Assembly: GCA_003221295.1 (NCBI GenBank)
Contig: QHRA01000184.1
Coordinates: 1-54,550 of the forward strand
Reading direction: 5' to 3'
DNA from: Verrucomicrobiota bacterium
GTDB taxonomy: Bacteria > Verrucomicrobiota > Verrucomicrobiia > Chthoniobacterales > UBA10450
DNA length: 54,550 nt
Both the position numbers and the translations under genes were made by a program. Positions 27,086-35,147 of the stretch are shown here, piece by piece (within the stretch, counting starts at the first letter, position 1; the number at the start of each line of letters is the position of its first letter). The notes beneath the pieces were generated by a model. That model was not told the DNA's origin and ran no database searches. It saw only the letters and a list, made by a program, of their open reading frames with translations.

Positions 27086-27691
27086 TTGAGAAGAACCGAG
27101 TATCCAGAAGCGCTTCGTGATTTGATCACGCAGTTACGGCAAATGCCCGGCGTCGGGCCGCGCTCGGCCGAGCGCATTGCCCTGTGGATGGTACAATCAC
27201 GCGACGATCAGCCGGAACAAATCGCGGGCGCGATTTCAAAAACGCGCACCCAAATTCATCCCTGTAAACTTTGCGGCTTTTTTGCGACGGACGAGCTTTG
27301 CGAAATTTGTCGCGACGATTCGCGGTCGAGCGATTTGCTCTGCGTGGTCGAACAACCGACCGATATTCTTCCACTCGAAAAAACGAGCGCTTTTCGTGGA
27401 CGGTATCATGCTCTCGGTGGCCGGATCGCGCCGCTCGATCACGTCGCGCCGGAAGATTTGCGAATCAAAGAATTGCTCGATCGAATCGAGCGGGAAAAAT
27501 TCTCGGAAATCATTTTCGCGCTCGCCGCCGATGTCGAAGGCGAAGCGACTACGAACTATCTGGTCGAGTTATTGAAAGGAAAATCGGTAAAATTAACAAG
27601 GATTGCACATGGTTTGCCTGCCGGGGGTGGCCTCGAATCGGCTGACGAACTTACGCTTTATCAGGCGTTGACCGGAAGAACGAAACTCTAA
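27086..27691 (+). CDS. recR: Recombination protein RecR
   Basis: HhH motif LRQMPGVGPRSAERIALW, zinc finger CKLCGFFATDELCEICRD and a Toprim domain. TTG start. Confidence 0.88.
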   Translation: MRRTEYPEALRDLITQLRQMPGVGPRSAERIALWMVQSRDDQPEQIAGAISKTRTQIHPCKLCGFFATDELCEICRDDSRSSDLLCVVEQPTDILPLEKTSAFRGRYHALGGRIAPLDHVAPEDLRIKELLDRIEREKFSEIIFALAADVEGEATTNYLVELLKGKSVKLTRIAHGLPAGGGLESADELTLYQALTGRTKL

Positions 27692-27797
27692 TCGTTGAAA
27701 CGTTAAATTGTTGAATCGTTAAAACGTTGAAGCGCTGTAGCGGCAGCCATATCGGCCGCAATTTAACTTTTGTAACCCTTTTAACGTTGTAACTTTT
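27692..27797. repeat. AACGTT-containing word repeats plus a short hairpin downstream of recR
   Basis: tcgttgaaacgttaaattgttgaatcgttaaaacgttgaagc, then ctgtagcggcagccatatcggccgc, then ttttaacgttgtaactttt. Confidence 0.7.
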
Positions 27798-27802
27798 ACT
27801 CG

Positions 27803-28690
27803 ATGTCTTGCGCGAAAATCGACCCTTCACTCCACCAGGCCCAAAAACCGCCCTGGATCAAAGTGCGACTGCCATCGAATCCGGTTTTCTTTTCCACCAA
27901 AGCGCTGATTTCCGATTTGCGATTGCATACAGTCTGCGAAAGCGCGCAGTGCCCGAATCGCTGGGAGTGCTGGAGTCAAGGCACGGCGACAATGATGATC
28001 GCGGGCGACCGCTGTACCCGTGCCTGCGGATTTTGCGCGGTTACGACGGCGAAACCGTTTGCCTTGGAAGAAGATGAGCCGGAGCGCGTGGCCGAAGCAG
28101 TGCGCCGGATGAAATTGAAACACGTCGTCATCACCGCAGTCGCGCGCGACGATCTGAAGGATGGCGGCGCGAATCACTTCGCGCGCACCATCAACGCCAT
28201 TCGCCAAATGGATCCGAAAATCGTTATCGAAGTGTTAGTGCCCGATTTTCATGCCCAGGACTGCTGCATTCAGATCGTGCTCGATGCCGCGCCAGACATT
28301 TACAATCACAACATGGAAACGGTCGAGCGCCTGACACCGATGGTGCGTTCGCGCGCGAAATACCGGACTTCGCTGCAAGTGCTGAAGCGAGCGAAAGAGC
28401 TTTCGCCAAAAGTGGTGACGAAGAGCGGCGTCATGCTTGGTCTTGGTGAGACCGAACCGGAGTTATTTCAAACGATGGATGATTTGCGCGAAGTAGGGGT
28501 GCAAGTTCTTACCATGGGCCAATTCCTTCGTCCGACTCCGCAGCATCTGCCGGTAGTTGAATACATCACGCCCGCCCAATTCGAATTCTTCGGCGAAATT
28601 GCACGCAAAAAAGGATTCGAACACGTCGCCTCAGGTCCGCTCGTGCGCAGCTCGTATCACGCCGCCGATTTTCATCCTGTCGTTCGCTAG
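27803..28690 (+). CDS. lipA: Lipoyl synthase
   Basis: KPPWIKVRLP, auxiliary cluster CESAQCPNRWEC and radical SAM cluster CTRACGFCAV. 295 aa. Confidence 0.92.
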   Translation: MSCAKIDPSLHQAQKPPWIKVRLPSNPVFFSTKALISDLRLHTVCESAQCPNRWECWSQGTATMMIAGDRCTRACGFCAVTTAKPFALEEDEPERVAEAVRRMKLKHVVITAVARDDLKDGGANHFARTINAIRQMDPKIVIEVLVPDFHAQDCCIQIVLDAAPDIYNHNMETVERLTPMVRSRAKYRTSLQVLKRAKELSPKVVTKSGVMLGLGETEPELFQTMDDLREVGVQVLTMGQFLRPTPQHLPVVEYITPAQFEFFGEIARKKGFEHVASGPLVRSSYHAADFHPVVR

Positions 28691-29373
28691 TGATGGAACG
28701 CGATCGTTCGCGAATCGCGGCGGTGATTCCTGCTTATCAGGAAGAGAAATACGTTAGTGAAGTAGCGCGGCGGGCGCGCGCGCAGTTGCAAAATGTTCTC
28801 GTCGTTGATGACGGATCAACTGACGCGACCTCGGACCGGGCGCGATCCGCTGGAGTCGATGTCGTTGTTCATCCTCAAAACCGCGGCAAAGGTGAATCGA
28901 TCAAGACCGGGTTACATTATTGGCTCCAGCGCGGCAGCGAATACGTCGTGCTGCTCGACGCTGACGGGCAGCATTTGCCTGAAGAAATTTCGCGGTTTGT
29001 AGAGGCCGCCGCGTCGGACAACCAAGCGAAAATTTTCGTCGGCTCGCGCATGAATGACACAAGCACGATGCCTTTTGTGCGACGAATCGTGAACCGCTAC
29101 ATGAGCGGCAAAATCAGCCGGGCCTGCGGCCAGCAGATTCCGGATACGCAATGCGGCTTTCGTATGCTTCATCGCGATATCATTCCGGAAGTTCTAAGCG
29201 GCGCCAGCCGGTTCGAGTACGAGACCGAAATGCTTATCATCGCGAGCAGGAAGGGCCATCGTGTGGCGTCAGTCCCGATCACCACGGTTTATTCTGACGA
29301 AGTCAGCAGCATCAATCCCGTGCGGGATACCCTGCGTTTCTTCAAATTGATGCGGCGATATCGGGAATTGTAG
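28690..29373 (+). CDS. Family 2 glycosyltransferase (polyprenyl-phosphate sugar synthase-like)
   Basis: IAAVIPAYQEEKYV...VLVVDDGSTDAT...LLDADGQH. GTG at 28690 or ATG at 28693 could be the start. It abuts the lipA stop. Confidence 0.75.
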   Translation: MMERDRSRIAAVIPAYQEEKYVSEVARRARAQLQNVLVVDDGSTDATSDRARSAGVDVVVHPQNRGKGESIKTGLHYWLQRGSEYVVLLDADGQHLPEEISRFVEAAASDNQAKIFVGSRMNDTSTMPFVRRIVNRYMSGKISRACGQQIPDTQCGFRMLHRDIIPEVLSGASRFEYETEMLIIASRKGHRVASVPITTVYSDEVSSINPVRDTLRFFKLMRRYREL

Positions 29374-29433
29374 TGGCAGCCTTCGCAATTTATTCGCGGG
29401 TGTGACCAAAGCTTTTTAGCGTTCCCCCACTCT

Positions 29434-29547
29434 GTCATCCCGAGCGCAAGCGAGGGACCTCGCCAATGATCGTGGGTCACGCAAGCCTCTTTGCATAGCT
29501 ATCCTCCACTCGTGAGGTCCCTCGAGTTCTTCGCCTTTCGGGATGAC
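29434..29547. repeat. GTCATCCCGAGCG-family palindromic element (full copy)
   Basis: Left arm gtcatcccgagcgcaagcgagggacctcg and right arm gaggtccctcgagttcttcgcctttcgggatgac are inverted repeats about 50 nt apart. Confidence 0.8.
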
Positions 29548-29579
29548 GGACGCCTGACGAGCCGCGTGTGCCGCCCAGA

Positions 29580-30191
29580 TCAAATCAAACCGCGCCGCTT
29601 GAAGTCGCCGATGTTTTCGCCAGCGGAGCGCTCGATCATCTCGATGGTGAACTTGAGCAGACAAACCTCCCACGCTTCATCCACCCCTTGAATGATTGCG
29701 CCATTCGGATCACCGGCGCGTTCTACTGCACGCCGAGTGCGATCGATGACCGATTGCAACGTGGCACTCACGGTTTCTTCGGTGACGCCAGATTTGCGAA
29801 ATTGGAATCCGTAGCGCAACACCGCGATCTGCCGCGCGTCCTCCCGCAGCCGCTCCACATATTCCTGCGCTTTTTCACCAAACCCTTCCAACATCATTCG
29901 GTGGAAATATTCCGGACTCAGAATTTTCGGGCGCTCGGCTTCGATCCGACCAGTGCGAATGCGGACCTGATCGACCCGGTCCATCAACTCGGAGATGAGA
30001 TGAAACTCAAAGCTGGTGTTGCCAAAGGTCGCGATCTGCCGTGCCGGCGCGAGAATAACCTGCGTATTCTCAATGGCGTATTCGATATCGTCCTGTTTCA
30101 AAATTCTGCAGGTAAGAATACGACGGAAGCGGCGCAATATCCAGAAGCTGGTAATCCAAAGATTGTCGACCGCCCAAGGTCGATCGGCCAC
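29580..30191 (-). CDS. Hypothetical protein (203 aa)
   Basis: Balanced, globular-looking composition, and co-directional with the flanking minus-strand genes. The overlapping plus-strand ORF 29568-30308 looks like a shadow ORF. I recognise no motif. Confidence 0.45.
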   Translation of the reverse strand: MADRPWAVDNLWITSFWILRRFRRILTCRILKQDDIEYAIENTQVILAPARQIATFGNTSFEFHLISELMDRVDQVRIRTGRIEAERPKILSPEYFHRMMLEGFGEKAQEYVERLREDARQIAVLRYGFQFRKSGVTEETVSATLQSVIDRTRRAVERAGDPNGAIIQGVDEAWEVCLLKFTIEMIERSAGENIGDFKRRGLI

Positions 30192-30271
30192 ACCGCCTCA
30201 TTACACGAGCTTGAGCATCCTGCGCGTGGCCTAAATTCGGATCGACAAGAGACTGGCTCGATCCCACCCCG

Positions 30272-30868
30272 CTACTTTTTCTCCAAGAGCGGCAGGAATG
30301 CTTCGTAATCTTCGTCTTTCATTCGTTCGATCGGAATGAAACGGAAGGCGGCCGAGTTGACGGCGTAGCGTTGTCCAGTCGGCGAAGTCGGGTCGGGAAA
30401 GAGATGGCCGAGGTGGGCATCGCTGCGTTTGGCGCGGACCTCAGTGCGCTGCATGCCGCTCGAAGTGTCCATTTTTTCAACGACGAGATCTTTTGAGATC
30501 GGTTTGGTAAACGTCGGCCGTCCCGTGCCACCATCGAATTTGTCGAGCGAAGTAAAGAGCGGTTCGCCGGTGATGACATCGACGTAAATGCCGACGCGTT
30601 CGTTATCCCAGAACTCATTCTGGAACGCGGTCTCTGTGCCATTTTCCCGCACGACAAGATATTGGTCCGGCTTTAATCGCCTTTTCAAAGTGGCGTCGTT
30701 CGGCACGGGCCGGTTAGGATCGAAACCTGTGACCTCCTTTTTTTCTTGATGCGAGAGAAGAAAAAAGTAGACCGCCCCGGCGGCGAGGACGGTCACGACG
30801 CCGAGGCCGACGTAGGTGCTGAGGGTCCATTTTTCCTCGCTGGTGATTCGACCGCCGACCATGACCAC
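30272..30868 (-). CDS. Membrane-anchored MsrB (SelR) homologue lacking all canonical cysteines
   Basis: N-terminal TM helix (TYVGLGVVTVLAAGAVYFFLL). The SelR domain is collinear with E. coli MsrB from memory: GIYVDVITGEPLF...GGTGRPTF...EVRAKRSDAHLGHLF...RYAVNSAAFRF versus GVYHCLICDAPLF...SGCGWPSF...EIRCGNCDAHLGHVF...RYCVNSASLRF. Confidence 0.75.
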   Translation of the reverse strand: MVMVGGRITSEEKWTLSTYVGLGVVTVLAAGAVYFFLLSHQEKKEVTGFDPNRPVPNDATLKRRLKPDQYLVVRENGTETAFQNEFWDNERVGIYVDVITGEPLFTSLDKFDGGTGRPTFTKPISKDLVVEKMDTSSGMQRTEVRAKRSDAHLGHLFPDPTSPTGQRYAVNSAAFRFIPIERMKDEDYEAFLPLLEKK

Positions 30869-31034
30869 GAAATTGAATCAGAAACGAGTCACTTTCGTCA
30901 CTTCTTTTTCTCAAACAAGTTTTTGACGAAGACGCGCTCTCCAAGGATACCTGCGTCACCGATGTCGGCTACAGCGTTTTGTTCGCACGGCCGGCGACGA
31001 AGAAAGCGGCCAACGAGCTTGCCGAAAGTGAATC

Positions 31035-31096
31035 TGTAGAGGCAGGCGTGCCGCCTGCAAAATTTTTCAAATGCAGCCGACACGGCTGCCCCCACA
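31035..31096. terminator. Two-hairpin bidirectional terminator-like repeat module (copy 2)
   Basis: tgtagaggcaggcgtgccgcctgcaaaatttttcaaatgcagccgacacggctgcccccaca. Located between the rarD stop and the MsrB-like start. On the minus strand the second hairpin is followed by atttgaaaaatttt. Confidence 0.7.
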
Positions 31097-31230
31097 GAAA
31101 ATAGAATTCCTGGGAATCGGGACCGAGATAGTTTAGCGTTCCGCTTAGGGTCGCGCACACCAGACCGCCCGAATCTGTAGCCGGGATCGGTGATCCCGGT
31201 GAGATTGAACTGCCGTCTTAATGTGCCACC

Positions 31231-32220
31231 TCAGATCCCAGGTTCGATTAGGGGCGACTCTGCTGGCGCTTCCGCGGCCATGCGTTTAGTCGCGCGCCAG
31301 CGCAAAACCGCTTCCGCCGAAACAAGGACAAGCGCGATCCAGATGAGGAGAAAGGTAATGAAATGCTGGCGGGTGAATGTCTCGTGATAAACAAAAAGGC
31401 CAAGAATGAAACTAATGCTGGGTGAGAGATACTGAAGGAAGCCAATCGTGACTAATCGTAAATGTCGCGCGGCATAGCCGAACCAGACCAGCGGAACGGC
31501 GGTCACGATCCCAGTGGTCATTAGGATCGCGGAAAGAGAGAGGTGCGACGGGCCAAAGATCAGGGGGCCGCGATTGGCGAGCATAACAAGATAAATTAGG
31601 GCCAACGGCAAGAGAAACAGCGTTTCCAAAAACAGCCCGGGAATCGCAGCCGTGCCAGACTGTTTCCGCAACAATCCGTAGAGGCCGAAACTGGTGCAAA
31701 GCCCCACTGCGATCCACGGGAAATGGCCGTAGCCGAAGGCGAGAATACAAACCGCGACAGAAGCAATGAGAATGGAGGCGATCTGCGAGGTACTGAGTCG
31801 CTCGTGCAAAATGATGGCCCCAAGCAGGACATTCACCAGCGGCGTCATGAAATAGCCGAGGCTGGTTTCGAGGACGTGACCGATGTTAACCGCCCAAATG
31901 AAGAGTAACCAGTTCAAGCCGACCATGACGCCGCTGCCGAAACAAAAAAGTGCGCTGCGTCGTGAGAGAACGTTGCCGATGACTTCACGCCAGCGCTCTT
32001 GCCAGCTCAGCAGAAGGCCGAGAAACACAATGGTCCAGACAAAGCGGTGCGCCAGAATTTCCAGCGCAGGAACTTTGGTAAGCAATTTCCAATAAATCGG
32101 CACCAGTCCCCACGTTGCGAAGGATGCAACTCCGGCGATGAAGGCAGATGTATGTTGCGGATCGGTTCCACCAGACCTGGCCATGCTCGCTCGTATTTCA
32201 TCAATCGGAGTAGTTCGCAA
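31231..32220 (-). CDS. rarD: EamA/RarD-family transporter
   Basis: Ten TM helices in two EamA halves. The N-terminal block GVASFATWGLVPIYWKLL is RarD-like. The true start may be the internal Met (MARSGG...). Confidence 0.72.
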   Translation of the reverse strand: MRTTPIDEIRASMARSGGTDPQHTSAFIAGVASFATWGLVPIYWKLLTKVPALEILAHRFVWTIVFLGLLLSWQERWREVIGNVLSRRSALFCFGSGVMVGLNWLLFIWAVNIGHVLETSLGYFMTPLVNVLLGAIILHERLSTSQIASILIASVAVCILAFGYGHFPWIAVGLCTSFGLYGLLRKQSGTAAIPGLFLETLFLLPLALIYLVMLANRGPLIFGPSHLSLSAILMTTGIVTAVPLVWFGYAARHLRLVTIGFLQYLSPSISFILGLFVYHETFTRQHFITFLLIWIALVLVSAEAVLRWRATKRMAAEAPAESPLIEPGI

Positions 32221-32277
32221 CCCTCCACTTGCTGGCGATGAGATAGTTTGTAATGACGGAATTCTGGAGCTGATCCC

Positions 32278-34242
32278 GTGAAATCGTTTTTTGTCGAACT
32301 GAAGCGGCGCAAGGTCTATCGCGTTGCCATTGCCTACGCGGTCGCCAGCTGGTTGCTAATTCAAATCGCAACCCAAGTCTTTCCATTCTTCGAAATTCCA
32401 AACTGGGCGGTGCGTTTGGTCGTGATTGTGCTGGTGCTGGGATTTCCGATCGCGCTCATCTTGTCCTGGATATTCGATCTGACTCCGCAGGGAATCAGGC
32501 GCACCGATGACAGCGACAGAAGTTTGGCTGCGCTGCAGATCGCCCCTGCCACAACCCGCAACATTCCCGAAAAAAGCATTGCCGTTCTTCCGTTCGAAAA
32601 TTTGAGCGACGACAAAGAGAACGAGTACTTCGCGGCCGGAGTACACGACGACATTCTCTCGAATCTGGCAAAGGTTGCGGATCTTAAAGTCATTAGCCGC
32701 ACCTCGGTGCAACAATTCAAGAGCGGCGTGCGCAATTTGCGTGAAATCGGACTGGCACTGGGCGTAGCGCATATTTTGGAGGGCACGGCACGCCGCGCCG
32801 GCAATCGCATCCGGGTCAATGCGCAGCTGATTGATGCACGGAGCGATGCCCACCTTTGGGGAGAAACATTCGATCGCGAGATCACCGATCTCTTCGCGCT
32901 GCAAAGCGAATTAGCCGAACGCATCACGCAGGCGTTGCGGGCAAATCTTTCGGCGCGCGAGAAAACGAACCTGCAAACCCATCCCACCCGCGATATCCTC
33001 GCCTACGAACTTTTCCTGCGCGCGCGAGAGTTGTTTCACTGGGCGGGGAGCGGCTATTCGTACGACAAAGGAGCCGATGCCCTTCGGTTGATCGATGAGG
33101 CGATCAAGCGAGATCCTCAGTTTGCGCTCGCCTATGCCTTGGCGTCGCGTCTGCACTCCGAATTATTTTGGTTCGGCTACGACAAAAGTGCATCGCATTT
33201 GGAAAAAGCGAAGGCAGCGGCCGATGCTGCGCTGAAACTTCAGCCGGACCTGGGCGAAGCGCATCTTGCGACTGCCTTTTACTATTACTATGGTTTTCGG
33301 CGGTACGATGTTGCCCAAAAGCACGTCACTGCCGCAGTTCGCGCGATTCCAAACAACGCCGATGTGCTTAATACCGCTGGAGCGATCGCCCGCCGAGACG
33401 GAAGATGGAATGAGGCGGTGACTAATCTGGAGCAGGGGCGTGATCGCGACCCGCGAAATCTTTCGGTGCTCTGGAGTTTGTTCGAAAGTTACCTCGCCTT
33501 GCATGAATACACCAAGGCCGAAGGAACGGTGAACGACGCGCTTTCCGTTTCGCCGAACGCACCTTTCTTTGTGCTGGCCCGCAGCGCGATTGCCTTATTT
33601 CGCGATGGCGAGACCGCTCCTCTTCGTTCTAGCTTGCGACAAATCCCGGGCAGTTTTGATCCCGGCGGAGCGACAAGCACGATCGCACTCCGCCTGAGTT
33701 TGATGGAACGTGATTTGGACGAAGCCGACCGTGTGCTTGCTGCCTGCGCCCACGAAAAACTTGATGATAATGGTTTGAGCGGAGTAGCTGGAGCACTCGA
33801 CGGGTACATCGTGCCCAAAAGTTGGTACGCCGGATTAATCGCTCGTGCTCGCGGTAACGAATCGTCCGCGCACACCGCTTTCGAGCACGCCAAACGGGCG
33901 GTGCGAGATGATCTGATGCAATGTCCGGAAGACGCCAAAACGCTTGCGATGCTGGCATTAATTCACGCTGGATTGGGAGAGAAAAAAGATGCGCTTGCTG
34001 CGGCGGGCCGCGCTGGGGAGCTATTGCCCATCGCCAAAGATTCGTTCGACGGACCAATCCTCGCGACGACGCTGGCAGCGGTAAGTGCGAAGCTCGGCGA
34101 GAATGAATCAGCGATTCGACAACTGGAATCTTTAGTCGGAATTCCGAACGGGCCGACTCCGGGAACTTTGCGAGTGGAGCCGGAGTGGGATTCTTTGCGC
34201 GACGATCCACGCTTTAAAAAACTGGCTGAGCGTGTCGCTTAA
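32278..34242 (+). CDS. Membrane-anchored TolB-N-like + TPR protein
   Basis: N-terminal block FFVELKRRKVYRVAIAYAVASWLLIQIA plus a second TM helix. EKSIAVLPFENLSDDKENEYFAAGVHDDILSNLAKVADLKVISRTS module, TPR repeats, and C-terminal tail EPEWDSLRDDPRFKKLAERVA. Confidence 0.78.
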   Translation: MKSFFVELKRRKVYRVAIAYAVASWLLIQIATQVFPFFEIPNWAVRLVVIVLVLGFPIALILSWIFDLTPQGIRRTDDSDRSLAALQIAPATTRNIPEKSIAVLPFENLSDDKENEYFAAGVHDDILSNLAKVADLKVISRTSVQQFKSGVRNLREIGLALGVAHILEGTARRAGNRIRVNAQLIDARSDAHLWGETFDREITDLFALQSELAERITQALRANLSAREKTNLQTHPTRDILAYELFLRARELFHWAGSGYSYDKGADALRLIDEAIKRDPQFALAYALASRLHSELFWFGYDKSASHLEKAKAAADAALKLQPDLGEAHLATAFYYYYGFRRYDVAQKHVTAAVRAIPNNADVLNTAGAIARRDGRWNEAVTNLEQGRDRDPRNLSVLWSLFESYLALHEYTKAEGTVNDALSVSPNAPFFVLARSAIALFRDGETAPLRSSLRQIPGSFDPGGATSTIALRLSLMERDLDEADRVLAACAHEKLDDNGLSGVAGALDGYIVPKSWYAGLIARARGNESSAHTAFEHAKRAVRDDLMQCPEDAKTLAMLALIHAGLGEKKDALAAAGRAGELLPIAKDSFDGPILATTLAAVSAKLGENESAIRQLESLVGIPNGPTPGTLRVEPEWDSLRDDPRFKKLAERVA

Positions 34243-34274
34243 TGCAGTCTCGTCGGGAGAGGCGCATTCAATCG

Positions 34275-34357
34275 GTCATCCCAAGCGCAAGCCGAGGAAT
34301 CCCGCGATGAAAGCTAAAGGTAGCGCTGCGGCATCTCTCGACTTCGCTCGGGGAGAC
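34275..34357. repeat. GTCATCCCGAGCG-family palindromic element (degenerate full copy)
   Basis: gtcatcccaagcgcaagccgaggaatccc ... gcatctctcgacttcgctcggggagac. Confidence 0.65.
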
Positions 34358-34371
34358 CGCCGGAGAGAAAA

Positions 34372-34584
34372 TTAGCGCGAGGGCGCCGGCGTAACGGCCT
34401 TTGGCCCGGCGGTGATCGAATCGTTGCCGATCATCATATAATGGCCTTGATAGGGCGGTGTTGGGCGCGATGGAAAGGGCGAACGAATAACCGCACTCGC
34501 GTTACCCGCAGCACCAGCGACCAAAATCGCCACGAGGAGGTAGATCCGTCGGCTCGCGAAGGACTTTAAACACATCGTTTTCAC
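34372..34584 (-). CDS. Possible small secreted protein (70 aa)
   Basis: Signal-peptide-like N-terminus (RRIYLLVAILVAGAAGNASA) followed by a Pro-rich mature part. No other support. Confidence 0.25.
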   Translation of the reverse strand: MKTMCLKSFASRRIYLLVAILVAGAAGNASAVIRSPFPSRPTPPYQGHYMMIGNDSITAGPKAVTPAPSR

Positions 34585-34643
34585 GAGAGGATGTATTGCA
34601 ACAACTGTGCCAATCGGGGATAGAGTTTATTGTAATTCTAGGC

Positions 34644-35057
34644 TCAGATCCAGAAAAAAGTGATGGCACAAGCCAGAATCACCGTCGTTAACCAATCAAT
34701 CACCTGCCCCAGCACCACCATCGAGTGCATGCGGACGTATATGGCCGCTTCGATCGCGACCGGCGCGGCCAGCGCGATCCAGATAACGGCGGCGAAGCGT
34801 AATGCTCCCACCATTCCGCCAGCAAAAAAGCCGACGTGAAAACGCGCGACCGAGACGTAGAGGATGGAAATCGCGATGGCCGACAGCACTCTTACGAGAC
34901 TCGAGAGTGCATAGTTGCGGGGGCCTTCCGGGCGCCAGGTTTCCGGAGTAGCGCGTTGATAACGATGGAAAACCAACCCCATCCAGAACCAACTGGTAAA
35001 GATGGAGACGACGCCGGCGATTAATCCAGGGACAATGGCTGCACGCAAAGTGTTCAT
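34644..35057 (-). CDS. Small 4-TM integral membrane protein (DUF1761-like?)
   Basis: 137 aa with four clear hydrophobic helices. The family assignment is tentative. Confidence 0.5.
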   Translation of the reverse strand: MNTLRAAIVPGLIAGVVSIFTSWFWMGLVFHRYQRATPETWRPEGPRNYALSSLVRVLSAIAISILYVSVARFHVGFFAGGMVGALRFAAVIWIALAAPVAIEAAIYVRMHSMVVLGQVIDWLTTVILACAITFFWI

Positions 35058-35147
35058 AGCGGTTTTCGGTGGAAAATAACAGTTACCCGATCCGGTGGCG
35101 AGAGAGTTTACGGCGCGCCTCGGCCGGGATAAGATTGGCGGAAACGA

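Noticed and set aside
29568-30308. 246-codon plus-strand ORF overlapping the 203-aa minus-strand ORF
   Set aside because: Its composition is skewed (Arg/Pro/His-rich, low complexity). It also runs against the local minus-strand gene order and overlaps the MsrB-like stop. I treat it as a shadow ORF, but neither strand has motif support.
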